In this document: positions 35,501 to 45,391 of the stretch, one piece after another
Layout: each line of letters begins with the position of its first letter
Numbering within the stretch: position 1 is the stretch's first letter
Source: Sulfuricurvum sp.
Lineage (GTDB): Bacteria > Campylobacterota > Campylobacteria > Campylobacterales > Sulfurimonadaceae
Assembly (NCBI GenBank): GCA_028710885.1
Contig: JAQTTG010000005.1
Location: 1,483-65,482, forward strand
DNA length: 64,000 bases
Direction: 5' to 3'
Made by a program: the position numbers and the translations under genes
Notes under the pieces: generated by a model
What the model was told of the DNA's origin: nothing
Seen by the model: only the letters and a program-made list of their open reading frames with translations
Database searches by the model: none

Positions 35501-37714
35501 AGGTTTTGGTTCTCCTAAATAATATCCCTGAAGATAATCGATTCCAAACTCTTTACATTTGTTATAGACCGCTTCAGAGTGGACAAATTCCGCAACAATT
35601 TTTATACCAAGTCGTTTGGAAAATTCGGTGACTGCTAGTACAACCGTTTGAGTATTGGTATCGGTATCGAGATTACGGATAAGAGAGCCGTCAATTTTTA
35701 GAATATCAACATCAAGTTTCAAAATGTGGGCAAAGTTTGAATAGCCTGTACCAAAATCATCGATAGCTATTTGCACACCAAATTGTTTTACTTGAGCAAT
35801 AAATGCAGAAACTTCTGCATAATTTTCAATGCCTTCGCTCTCTAAAAGTTCGAAAATTAATCGATTCCCATGCGCTGTAGTGCTGAGTTTGTGGATTAAA
35901 AATTCACGGGTAGGGGCATCGAAAATATCATCTACGGATAGATTAATAGAGTACCGGTGAGGTGTTTTTTCCAACATGTTAAAAATTGCATCAATGACGA
36001 ATTGTGAAATGTGTGAATAAAGACGTGATTGTTTGGCTGCCGGGAGAAAATGGGCAGGAGATATGATTGATCCATCGCGATCAACTATCCGGATTAGCGC
36101 TTCATATTCGATCACTTCTCCGGATTGAGTGTCAAAGATAGGTTGATAATGGAGGGTAAAACATTTTTGCTCAATTGCTTCTTTGACTTTTTTACTCCAT
36201 AAAATATTATTTTGATATTCTTGTTTGATTTGCATGGTTTCATCGTAGAGCGTATAGCTGAGATGACGTTTTTTAGCCGCTTTTAGTGCCATATCCGCAT
36301 TTGCCAAAAGGGATTTTGCATTATTTTTTTTGGAGATATCCATACCCATCGTAAAGGTTACATAGATACTTGCCCCTTGGAGATTATAGTGTTTGGATTG
36401 AATATGGTGGACAATCGATTGACGTGTTGTTTCGAGTTTGGTTAACGTCATTGGTTCGATTAGGGCAATGGCGTATTCATCTGATGGCATTTTATAGAGA
36501 TTCATAGGTAGATTATGCAGGGCACTTTTAATAGATTTAGAGAGTGACAATAGTGTTTCATCACCCATTTCATGACCATAAAAATCATTTATTTCTTTGA
36601 AATTATCTATATTGAGAAGCATTAATGCATAAAATTTATTAGTTTGTATATCTCGTATTAGAGCATTTCGATTTGGTAAAGAGGTGAGATTATCAGTATA
36701 GAGCTGATGCTCAAGTTGGAGGTTTAGTTTACGAGCTGTGTCTGCATCGCGGCTAATTCGTTGAACCAATATTTTAAACCCATAATGGAGAATAAAAGCA
36801 ATAATTGTAAGGAGTAATATACTGATTATAATCAGATTACGGATCTCTTTATTATAATCGATGACATCATCTGTAATATCAAATGCACACATCATCATAG
36901 CAATCGTATCATCTTTGTAATTTGTCAAAGAGCGTGAAGCAATGATGTAATTGCGGCCGTCTATTGTATATCGATTACTCGTATTGAATGCATAATTGGA
37001 TGGAAGATGGCTAAAAAGAGGATCATTGGAAGAGACAAGAGAAAATCCTTGATAGGTTATTTTTTTGGCTTCTGGTATAACAAGTGAAAGTTTATTTGTA
37101 TCAAATACTATGGCACTTTTAATCCCAGAATGGGCATTTAAGCGTTGTTGAACGCGATCAATTTTAGCAACGGTCTGGAGAATTCCAATAAAGGTATTCC
37201 CTTTAAAAATGGGGATAATATTGACGATTGCTACATCATAAATGGTGACATCCAATGAAGTGATCGGTTTTTTAGTTTGAATGGCATATGCCAACATCGG
37301 ACGTTTTTTTAGAATATTATCACCGTATTTGTGTGGATCCTGAAGACGGAGAAAGTGGGAACCATTTGCACTGACAAAGCCGGTTACATCAACATCGCCT
37401 CGACGTTTTGCTTCTTTAAAATAGGGGAGACTGAGTAGATAGAGCTTTTCGCGATCTCCGGAGGCAAAAGCGTCAACGATTTCACGGTTGGTTGCAAGTT
37501 GACATGCGAATTCTCTTAACCCTTTTTGAGTATCGAGTATTGATAGTTCAAATGAGTTACGTAGTAATGCTCTATGTGCAGTTGTTTTTTCATTAAGAAC
37601 TTTTTTTTTGTCTTGAATAATAGTTGCGAGAAAGATAGCGACAAGAAGAAGTACAAGTCCTAAAGCATACAGTGTAGCTCGCTTCTTGATCGTTTTCACT
37701 TTATGCCTTTTCAA
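35495..37714 (-). CDS. Cache + degenerate GGDEF + EAL phosphodiesterase
   Basis: Two TM segments flanking a periplasmic domain; GGDEF position reads PSDEY; EALIR and DDFGTGYS intact. Confidence 0.85.
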   Translation of the reverse strand: MKRHKVKTIKKRATLYALGLVLLLVAIFLATIIQDKKKVLNEKTTAHRALLRNSFELSILDTQKGLREFACQLATNREIVDAFASGDREKLYLLSLPYFKEAKRRGDVDVTGFVSANGSHFLRLQDPHKYGDNILKKRPMLAYAIQTKKPITSLDVTIYDVAIVNIIPIFKGNTFIGILQTVAKIDRVQQRLNAHSGIKSAIVFDTNKLSLVIPEAKKITYQGFSLVSSNDPLFSHLPSNYAFNTSNRYTIDGRNYIIASRSLTNYKDDTIAMMMCAFDITDDVIDYNKEIRNLIIISILLLTIIAFILHYGFKILVQRISRDADTARKLNLQLEHQLYTDNLTSLPNRNALIRDIQTNKFYALMLLNIDNFKEINDFYGHEMGDETLLSLSKSIKSALHNLPMNLYKMPSDEYAIALIEPMTLTKLETTRQSIVHHIQSKHYNLQGASIYVTFTMGMDISKKNNAKSLLANADMALKAAKKRHLSYTLYDETMQIKQEYQNNILWSKKVKEAIEQKCFTLHYQPIFDTQSGEVIEYEALIRIVDRDGSIISPAHFLPAAKQSRLYSHISQFVIDAIFNMLEKTPHRYSINLSVDDIFDAPTREFLIHKLSTTAHGNRLIFELLESEGIENYAEVSAFIAQVKQFGVQIAIDDFGTGYSNFAHILKLDVDILKIDGSLIRNLDTDTNTQTVVLAVTEFSKRLGIKIVAEFVHSEAVYNKCKEFGIDYLQGYYLGEPKPL

Positions 37715-37787
37715 ATCCTATATTGTTAAGATTATAACATAGCGGAAACAAAAATGTGACTAAAAAATGATTAAAATTGGGGGAAAA

Positions 37788-38465
37788 TTACCCTTTTGGG
37801 AAGAGGACAGAACCTAATCGTATCATGGTTGAACCGCATTCGATTGCAAGGGTAAAATCACCGCTCATTCCCATAGAGCACGTATTTGCGCCTTTGAGTT
37901 GTTCGAATAGTTTTCGGGTAGTTTCAAAGCTTTTTTTGACAATATTTTCTTCATCTGTGTGCGCACCGATACTCATAATACCCTGAAGATGAATTTGCGG
38001 ACATGTTTCTCGGATTTGTTCGTATTGATCGATGAATTCTTCAGGTGAAAAACCACTTTTGCTCTCTTCATAGGCTGAATTTACTTGAACTAATGCCCGA
38101 AGAGTTTTTCCTTCACGTTTTAGTCGATCATTGAGTGCATGTGCTAATTCTACTGAATCAATCGAATGGAGCAAGTGAGGGTTGATCGCTAGTAGCTGAT
38201 TGATCTTGTTTTTTTGTAAAGAACCAATAAAGTGCCATTCAATAGGTAAATCGTCGAGTGTTTCCGATTTTGTTTTTAGATCTTGCACTTTGTTTTCACC
38301 GAATGCTCGTTGTCCAATTGCATAGAGTGATGCAATCGCATCGGCATCGACGTATTTGCTGGCGGCAACAATTTTGACAATATGATGATTATTTACACGT
38401 AATCGGGCACTTTCGACTTTTTCGATGATACGATCAAAGGATAATTTCTGTTCTAATATCGTCAT
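37788..38465 (-). CDS. yggS: PLP homeostasis protein
   Basis: VAASKY, FGENKVQ, WHFIGSLQKNK and SMGMSGD motifs; start overlaps the rseP stop. Confidence 0.93.
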   Translation of the reverse strand: MTILEQKLSFDRIIEKVESARLRVNNHHIVKIVAASKYVDADAIASLYAIGQRAFGENKVQDLKTKSETLDDLPIEWHFIGSLQKNKINQLLAINPHLLHSIDSVELAHALNDRLKREGKTLRALVQVNSAYEESKSGFSPEEFIDQYEQIRETCPQIHLQGIMSIGAHTDEENIVKKSFETTRKLFEQLKGANTCSMGMSGDFTLAIECGSTMIRLGSVLFPKG

Positions 38466-39514
38466 TGCATCAACCTTGTTATATCGTTGTACAAACCTAA
38501 GCTCATGAGCGCGAGTAAGATAACCCATCCACCGATTGTAAGACGGGTAATAATCTCTTCACTGGGTGCTTTACGGCGTATCATTTCATAAAGATTAAAC
38601 ATCATATGACCACCATCGAGTGCTGGGATAGGGAGAAGATTTAGTACCCCGAGATTTACAGAAATCAATGCAGAGAAAAAAAGAAGACTCATCCATCCAT
38701 AGGCAGTGGCATTGGCTGTGATTTGGACGATGCTGACCACTCCGCCAATTTCTTTTGCAGGGACAACACCGGTGATTAGTTTTTGGACACTTTGGAATAT
38801 TAATAAGGATGAATTGTAGGTCTCATTTGATGCATATGAAAATGCTGAAATCGGATTAAGGTTCAATGTTTGGACAGTACCTAATGGTGCAATTCCTACC
38901 ATTCGTTTATATACAGTCTCTTTAAAAAGATTTTGTGAAGGGGTGATTTTAGGTGTTACAATAATGGTGTTAATCGTACCAGAACGTTCAATATTTAGTG
39001 CCAATGAACCTTCAGAAGATTTAATTTGCTCTGATACTTCATCCCATGTTGTGATGGATTTTCCATTGATTGCAAGAATCGTATCACCGTTTTGCAAACC
39101 GGCATTTTGAGCAGGAGAATTCTTTGAGATATTTCCAATTATGGGTGAGAGTGCTTGAGGTCCACCTAATGCGATAGCATAAAAGAAAATCCATGCTAGA
39201 ACAAAGTTGGCAAGAGGACCTGCCATAAGAATGATGATTCTTTGCCATGGTTTTTTGGAATTATAACTATCACTATCAGAGCTGATAGCTGTAGGATCAA
39301 GATCATCTTGACCTTTCATCTTTACATAGCCGCCCAGAGGGATGGCGGAGATTTGCCAGTCAGTGTTTAACCATCTAAATGAGGCGATTTTTTTCCCAAA
39401 ACCAATACTGAACACCTCTACGTAGACACCAAAAAAGCGTGCGGCACTGTAGTGTCCGAGTTCGTGGAAGAAAATGAGAACCGAGAGGACGAGAAGGGCG
39501 ACAATCCACGACAT
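38462..39514 (-). CDS. rseP: RIP metalloprotease RseP
   Basis: HELGH, PLGGYVKM, PDZ domain and NLLPIPALDGG. Confidence 0.96.
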   Translation of the reverse strand: MSWIVALLVLSVLIFFHELGHYSAARFFGVYVEVFSIGFGKKIASFRWLNTDWQISAIPLGGYVKMKGQDDLDPTAISSDSDSYNSKKPWQRIIILMAGPLANFVLAWIFFYAIALGGPQALSPIIGNISKNSPAQNAGLQNGDTILAINGKSITTWDEVSEQIKSSEGSLALNIERSGTINTIIVTPKITPSQNLFKETVYKRMVGIAPLGTVQTLNLNPISAFSYASNETYNSSLLIFQSVQKLITGVVPAKEIGGVVSIVQITANATAYGWMSLLFFSALISVNLGVLNLLPIPALDGGHMMFNLYEMIRRKAPSEEIITRLTIGGWVILLALMSLGLYNDITRLMQ

Positions 39515-39515
39515 A

Positions 39516-40097
39516 TTAGAGTTTCCCTTTATAGGCTTTGCTAAAACCGATCACGTATTCGGCACCGGAATAGACGGTAAGCGCTACGGCAATCCATAGC
39601 AGAGTATTTCCAAACGGCCAATGCATCAATAAAAATCCGATGGCTATCATCTGTGCCACGGTTTTCACTTTTCCAGCCATGGATGCGCTGACATCGATCC
39701 CTTCGGAGAGGGAGAGGGTACGAAGTCCTGTAATGAAGAGTTCACGAACAATGATGATGTAGATCGCCCACGCTGAAGCGGCACCACTCATCATGAGACC
39801 CAAAAATGCGGCGAGAGTGAGCATTTTGTCCGCGAGAGGATCGAGGATCTGTCCGACGATAGTGATCTGATCGAGCTCTCTAGCAATGTACCCATCAAAA
39901 AAGTCGGTTGTACTGGCAATGACAAAGAGCAATGTCGCAATATAATAGTTCCAGCTGATATGCCATCCCATATCGGTAAAAATTTGGGGGTTGAGGATGA
40001 TCCAAAACATCACCGGAGCGATGAGAAGGCGGATAAAAGCGAGGAGATTGGGAAGGTTAAGCACCCTATGAGCCTTTGATTGATTCTTAAAAAACAC
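39516..40097 (-). CDS. pgsA: CDP-diacylglycerol-glycerol-3-phosphate 3-phosphatidyltransferase
   Basis: NLPN; DFFDGYIAR...G..LDPLADK. Confidence 0.95.
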   Translation of the reverse strand: MFFKNQSKAHRVLNLPNLLAFIRLLIAPVMFWIILNPQIFTDMGWHISWNYYIATLLFVIASTTDFFDGYIARELDQITIVGQILDPLADKMLTLAAFLGLMMSGAASAWAIYIIIVRELFITGLRTLSLSEGIDVSASMAGKVKTVAQMIAIGFLLMHWPFGNTLLWIAVALTVYSGAEYVIGFSKAYKGKL

Positions 40098-40177
40098 AGT
40101 TTACTGCGCATGAGCTCTCTGCTGAAGAGAACATAATGTAACGTAGCGATCGGGACGAGGTCCTATCGCGTATTAAA

Positions 40178-40951
40178 TTATTGAAATGTGGTTCCACCAT
40201 CAACAACGATGGTTTGTCCTGTAAGCCATGAAGAACCGTTACCGCAGAGGAACAGACATGCTCCAGTGAGATCTTCCGCTTCACCCATACGGCTAAGAGG
40301 TGAGCGTTTGATCACTTCCCCTTTGACCTCTTCGTAATTTGGAAATGCTTTCAGTGCATCAGTATCGATCGGTCCGCCGCTGACCGCATTGACACGGATC
40401 CCTTTTTCACCCAGTTCAGCTGCCGCATAACGTACCATCGCTTCAACTGCCGCTTTGTTGGTTCCATGTCCTGCATAGTTTGGCGTGTAAACCAAATTTC
40501 CGGTAGAACTCATAGAAATAATTGAACCACCACCTACTTTTTCCATCCGTTTCGCTGCTTCTTGTGCTCCGACGACAAACGCGTCAACCGTTGCGGTATA
40601 GATGTTGTTCAATCCTTTTGGTTTCAGACGCATAAACGGTCCAAAACCACCGACTACAGCACGTCCTGAAATGATTGCATTGGAGATAAAAAAGTCGAGG
40701 CGATCGAAATCTTCATCAAATTTTGTATAAACATCTTTATACTCATCTGGCTCTAAAATATTGAGGGCATAACCACGACATTTTACATTGTGGGTATTTT
40801 CAACGTCATTTGCAATTTCTTCAGCAATTTCTGCATTAGAATTGTAGGTAAATGCGACATTGACCCCTTTTGCTGCAAACGCGTAAACGATTGCTTTTCC
40901 GATACCGCGAGTCCCGCCGCTGATAAGTAGAGTTTTTCCTTGCATATTCAA
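40178..40951 (-). CDS. SDR oxidoreductase (FabL-like enoyl-ACP reductase / HdhA-like)
   Basis: SGGTRGIG, YAGHGTNK and GGPIDTDAL; conserved position next to dapA. Confidence 0.85.
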   Translation of the reverse strand: MNMQGKTLLISGGTRGIGKAIVYAFAAKGVNVAFTYNSNAEIAEEIANDVENTHNVKCRGYALNILEPDEYKDVYTKFDEDFDRLDFFISNAIISGRAVVGGFGPFMRLKPKGLNNIYTATVDAFVVGAQEAAKRMEKVGGGSIISMSSTGNLVYTPNYAGHGTNKAAVEAMVRYAAAELGEKGIRVNAVSGGPIDTDALKAFPNYEEVKGEVIKRSPLSRMGEAEDLTGACLFLCGNGSSWLTGQTIVVDGGTTFQ

Positions 40952-41845
40952 TTACATTCCTTTGATGGTATAGTTTTTCATAATAGTTTCGAGACGTTTC
41001 AAATTTTCATTGCTTGGTGCGACGAGTGGGAGACGATATTCGAGGGTATCGATGAGTCCGGCAATGTACATAGCTGCTTTGATCATCACCGGATTGGATT
41101 CTAAAAACAGTGTTTTGTTGATCGGGAACAATTGATCGTTTAACGCTTTTGCTCCGCTCATATCACCGCTCAGCGCTTTGGCGACGAGTGAGCTTTTGAA
41201 ATCGGGAAGGAGGTTTGAGGTAACCGAAGTGATACCTGCTCCGCCGCACGCGAGAATCGCGTAGTCGATAGCGTCATCCCCGCATAAGACTTTTAGCTCT
41301 GGTCTGCGAGAGAGGAGTTCAATGGTGCGTTCGATGCTTCCCGTAGCTTCTTTGATCCCATAAATATTTTTAACATCATCGAAAAGTCGAATAACCGTGT
41401 CAGCACTGATATCGACCATAGTTCTTCCCGGTACGTTATAGAGCATAAACGGCAGTTCTGGAACTGACTCTGCAATCGCTTTGTAGTGTTGGTATAGCCC
41501 CTCTTGTGAGGGTTTGTTGTAATACGGAGCAACGGAGAAAATAGCATCTACGCCACATTTTTGAGCACTCAAAGCTGCTTCGATCGCTTCAGCTGTTGAG
41601 TTGCTTCCTGCACCGGCGAGGACTTTGGTATTTGTCCCTTTACAAACGGCAACTGCGATTTCCATGCAAATTCGATCTTCATCATAGGTAAGGGTAGCAC
41701 TTTCACCGGTAGTTCCGACAGGACATACCGCATTAATTCCATTCTTAATTTGTCTTTTAATCAGATCAGCGTATTTTTGCTCATCTAATTTTCCATTTTT
41801 AAAAGGGGTTATCAAGGCTGTTGTTGAGCCTGTAATTAGATTCAT
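40952..41845 (-). CDS. dapA: 4-hydroxy-tetrahydrodipicolinate synthase
   Basis: GTTGES, PYYNKP, YNVPGRT and GIKEA motifs. Confidence 0.97.
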   Translation of the reverse strand: MNLITGSTTALITPFKNGKLDEQKYADLIKRQIKNGINAVCPVGTTGESATLTYDEDRICMEIAVAVCKGTNTKVLAGAGSNSTAEAIEAALSAQKCGVDAIFSVAPYYNKPSQEGLYQHYKAIAESVPELPFMLYNVPGRTMVDISADTVIRLFDDVKNIYGIKEATGSIERTIELLSRRPELKVLCGDDAIDYAILACGGAGITSVTSNLLPDFKSSLVAKALSGDMSGAKALNDQLFPINKTLFLESNPVMIKAAMYIAGLIDTLEYRLPLVAPSNENLKRLETIMKNYTIKGM

Positions 41846-43143
41846 TTTTGACCTTTTCGTAGGATTATTGTCGTTGATTTTTCAGGTGTCAAGTAATATT
41901 TTGCTACAGTTTGGATATCTTTGGGTTTGAGTCCTTCTATGGACGATTCGTAGCTCAACAGAGGAGTGATATCCCCTCGTGCGAGGTAGCTTCCAAACAA
42001 ATCAGCAACCGATGTCGAACTCTCAAGTGAGTAGATAAAATCGGATTTTGTGTTGATTTTAACTTTGTCGAGTTCAGTTTTTTCAACAGGCGCTGATTGA
42101 AGCTTGCGAATGATATTCCAAATCTCTTCCTCCACTGTCTCCGCTTTTATACCGTTGTTGCATACAGCAATAAAAAGAAATACGCCAGCATCGATATTTT
42201 CCATATTGTAGGCATAGATTTGATTGACCATTCTTTTTTCATCTACTAATGTACGGTAAAGGCGCGAACTTTTACCGGAACTGAGCATTTCACTTAATGC
42301 AGAGAGTTTGACCTGGTCGGGATTTTGAAAATTTGGTATTGGAAAACTGATAGCGAGCATTTCAACTTCGCTCTCTTTGTGAACCATCACACGGCGTGCT
42401 CCGTCTTGTTCAGGTTCAATTGTTTTGACTACAGGGATATCTAATGTGTTAGGAATTGAATCGAACTGTTTTTGGGCTTCATCAAAGACTTTATCCGGAG
42501 AAATATCGCCGGTGACGATGAGAATGGCATTTTTTGGTTGATAGTAGGTTGCATGAAATGAACGTATATCTTCTAATGACCATGTTTGGATGTCATTCAT
42601 AAATCCGATTGGCATCCAGTGGTAGGGATGATAGACATAGGCACTGTTAAAGAGGCGAAAATACATGTATCCCATCGGATTATTGTCGGTTCTCCATCGA
42701 CGCTCTTCAGCAACAACATTGCGTTCGGGTTGAAATTCATCATCTTTGAGGTTAAGGTTTTGCATAAGTTCGGCAAACAGTGAGAGTGATTTAGGGAGAT
42801 TTTCTGAACTCGATTTGATGTAATAGTGGGTGAAATCAAATCCGGTTGAGGCATTATTGAGCCCGCCGATACTTTTAACTTCTTCGTCAAACTCGCCTGC
42901 TTTGAGATTTTTAGTCGATTTAAAGTTCATGTGTTCGAGCATATGCGCGATACCGCTTTTTCCCATCACTTCATTACGGCTTCCCACTTTATAAAAAATA
43001 TCGGTGGAGATAACGGATGAGCCATTATCCATCGGAATGGCGACTATTTGCAATCCATTGGATAAGGTTTTGGTTTCATAGTGAGGCAGTGATGAGGCCA
43101 TAAGGGTTCCTAAACTCAAAAATATTGCGACGAGGGTTTTCAT
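41842..43143 (-). CDS. M16 family zinc peptidase
   Basis: HMLEH (HxxEH) motif; NASTGFDFT. Confidence 0.93.
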   Translation of the reverse strand: MKTLVAIFLSLGTLMASSLPHYETKTLSNGLQIVAIPMDNGSSVISTDIFYKVGSRNEVMGKSGIAHMLEHMNFKSTKNLKAGEFDEEVKSIGGLNNASTGFDFTHYYIKSSSENLPKSLSLFAELMQNLNLKDDEFQPERNVVAEERRWRTDNNPMGYMYFRLFNSAYVYHPYHWMPIGFMNDIQTWSLEDIRSFHATYYQPKNAILIVTGDISPDKVFDEAQKQFDSIPNTLDIPVVKTIEPEQDGARRVMVHKESEVEMLAISFPIPNFQNPDQVKLSALSEMLSSGKSSRLYRTLVDEKRMVNQIYAYNMENIDAGVFLFIAVCNNGIKAETVEEEIWNIIRKLQSAPVEKTELDKVKINTKSDFIYSLESSTSVADLFGSYLARGDITPLLSYESSIEGLKPKDIQTVAKYYLTPEKSTTIILRKGQK

Positions 43144-44198
43144 CGCCGATCCGCACCGATTGCTTCGCTGATAGAGCTAAATCCATCCTGAGCGATTAAA
43201 TCGATGAGTCCGCTGTTGATCTCTTCGACCACTTCGGGTCCTTTAAAAATCAATGAAGTGTAAAGTTGCACGAGAGAGGCACCTGCACGAATACGGCGGT
43301 AGGCTTCTTCAGGTGTGCTGATGCCGCCGACGCTAATAAGGGTGGCTTTACCATACAGCTCACGTGCAATAGCATCAAAAATGTAGAAACTGCGTTCACG
43401 TAATACTTCTCCGCTGAGTCCTCCCATCTCTTCTGGTTCGCTCACCAGTGAATAATCGATAGTGGTATTGGTTGCAATGATCCCATCCGCACCGCTTTCA
43501 ACTGCATGAACACATAACGCGACAGCTTGATCTTCAGACATATCGGGCGCAATTTTAAGTAAAATCGGTTTTGAAGTAATTGCTTTTGCTTCTGTAAAAA
43601 GCTGAGAAATAAAGGCTTCATTTTGTAAATCACGTAATCCAGGAGTATTTGGTGAAGAGATATTGATAACCATGTAATCAGCATATTCGTGAAGTGCTTT
43701 GATCAGAGTTGTATAGTCTTTTATCGCATTCGTATCAGAAGTGATTTTGTTTTTTCCGATATTTACCCCTATAGGAGTACTGAACGGGTAAATGTTTTTG
43801 AGGCGGTGACTGATACGGAATAAACCGTCATTATTGAAACCCATGGCATTTTGAAGCGTCTCTTCTTCGATATGACGCCATAATCTTGGGCGAGGATTTC
43901 CCTCTTGAGGCTTTGGAGTTAATGTTCCGATTTCAGTAAAACCGAATCCAAGTGCCATTACACCGTGAAATAGCGTAGCATTTTTATCAAATCCTGCAGC
44001 TAAACCTATGGGATTTAAAAATGTTCGTCCAAAAAGCTCTTGAGAAAGAGAAGGGTGTGTGACGAAATGTTTGGCCATCCAACCATTGAAAAGAGGGGGA
44101 CAAAAACTTGCACTACGTAGTAACGTAGCCGCAAGTGTATGAGCACTTTCAGGTTGAAGTTTAAAAAGCCATGGTTTTAAAGATTCGTAATCAAACAT
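43140..44198 (-). CDS. pyrD: Quinone-dependent dihydroorotate dehydrogenase
   Basis: NPIGLAAGFDKN, NISSPNTPGLR, KIAPD and GGLSG motifs. Confidence 0.97.
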   Translation of the reverse strand: MFDYESLKPWLFKLQPESAHTLAATLLRSASFCPPLFNGWMAKHFVTHPSLSQELFGRTFLNPIGLAAGFDKNATLFHGVMALGFGFTEIGTLTPKPQEGNPRPRLWRHIEEETLQNAMGFNNDGLFRISHRLKNIYPFSTPIGVNIGKNKITSDTNAIKDYTTLIKALHEYADYMVINISSPNTPGLRDLQNEAFISQLFTEAKAITSKPILLKIAPDMSEDQAVALCVHAVESGADGIIATNTTIDYSLVSEPEEMGGLSGEVLRERSFYIFDAIARELYGKATLISVGGISTPEEAYRRIRAGASLVQLYTSLIFKGPEVVEEINSGLIDLIAQDGFSSISEAIGADRR

Positions 44199-44263
44199 AC
44201 CGTCTCGCTTCGTGGTCTAAAATTAGTGCGATTATACTCAAAAAAGATTGAATGGTTTGTTAA

Positions 44264-44285
44264 TGCCTCTCTATTGCAAGAGGCA
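44264..44285 (-). terminator. Hairpin TGCCTCT-N8-AGAGGCA downstream of the GT9 gene
   Basis: 7-bp stem; U-tract weak. Confidence 0.35.
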
Positions 44286-44305
44286 GATGGTAATAGCAGA
44301 GGATT

Positions 44306-45379
44306 TTAAAGAGCAGATAAATGGTGTGAAATTTGCTCCGCTATTTTTTCCGGAGTGGAATCATCTAAAGTGAGTGATAGATCATTTTTTCCCAAAGTGC
44401 CATAGAGGGCAGGAGTAGTTGCTTTAAAAAGGGCTATGGTCGGTACACCTGAGGCACTGGCTAGATGCATTGGTCCTGTATCACCGCATACAAATACATT
44501 CATCTGTGAGAGTATGGCACCTAAACTACGTAAATTGGACTCTAAGAGAAAATAAAGTTCATCAGAGAGTTTTTCGGTTACATCTGGAGAGAGAATATCG
44601 ATAAATATGGCATCCGGATTGAGCTGTTTCATCTGAATGTACCACTCGTTCCACCACTCATTGGAGATCTTTTTCTCAAATCGGGCATCGCGAAACATAC
44701 CAATGATCTTTGTCTCATTATTCCAAGTGTACCCTTGATCACTAAGCCGTTTTTTCAGTTCATCACTTCCTGCAACTCTCTCATTTTCGCTTAAAGAAAT
44801 GTCCATTTTTTGTGGAAAATCGCTTGGCGAATTACCAAAAGCTTCCATCAAATATAGTGGTTTTAAGGCTTCATGAATCATTCCATGTGGATTATCAATA
44901 ACATGAGTTGAAGGAGACCAATCTAACGTATCAAATCCAAGTTTATAGGTACCTCGCGCTAAAAAAGTTGCTCCTCGATCACTTGCCGAACCGGCATTTA
45001 GATTGATAACAAGGTCATAATAGGGTGTTCTGAGCTGCTTAATGTATCGAAACAGATGGATCGGATTCTTGAGCAGACGACGGGGAAAATCAAATACATT
45101 TTGGACCGTTGAAAACCCTTTTAGCAAAGAAGATGGATACCGTGCTCCGATGAGAATATCCATAGACGCTTCAGGAAATCGTTGTTCAAGTGCCCGAAGA
45201 AGCGGAGTAGTAAAGAGAATATTACCGATACGGTAATTAATCCGTATGACCAAAATACGGCGAATATTTTCACATGGAATGATCTCATGTTTTGGACGCG
45301 TGGGGAAAAGAAAGAGTAATAATGCATTAAAAGCATTTTTGATTTTTTTTCTTATTTGTGAGTGAAATGGTACTCCCAT
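44306..45379 (-). CDS. Glycosyltransferase family 9 (heptosyltransferase-like)
   Basis: RIGNILFTTPLL and DTGPMHLA motifs. Confidence 0.9.
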   Translation of the reverse strand: MGVPFHSQIRKKIKNAFNALLLFLFPTRPKHEIIPCENIRRILVIRINYRIGNILFTTPLLRALEQRFPEASMDILIGARYPSSLLKGFSTVQNVFDFPRRLLKNPIHLFRYIKQLRTPYYDLVINLNAGSASDRGATFLARGTYKLGFDTLDWSPSTHVIDNPHGMIHEALKPLYLMEAFGNSPSDFPQKMDISLSENERVAGSDELKKRLSDQGYTWNNETKIIGMFRDARFEKKISNEWWNEWYIQMKQLNPDAIFIDILSPDVTEKLSDELYFLLESNLRSLGAILSQMNVFVCGDTGPMHLASASGVPTIALFKATTPALYGTLGKNDLSLTLDDSTPEKIAEQISHHLSAL

Positions 45380-45391
45380 CCGTTAAATCCT

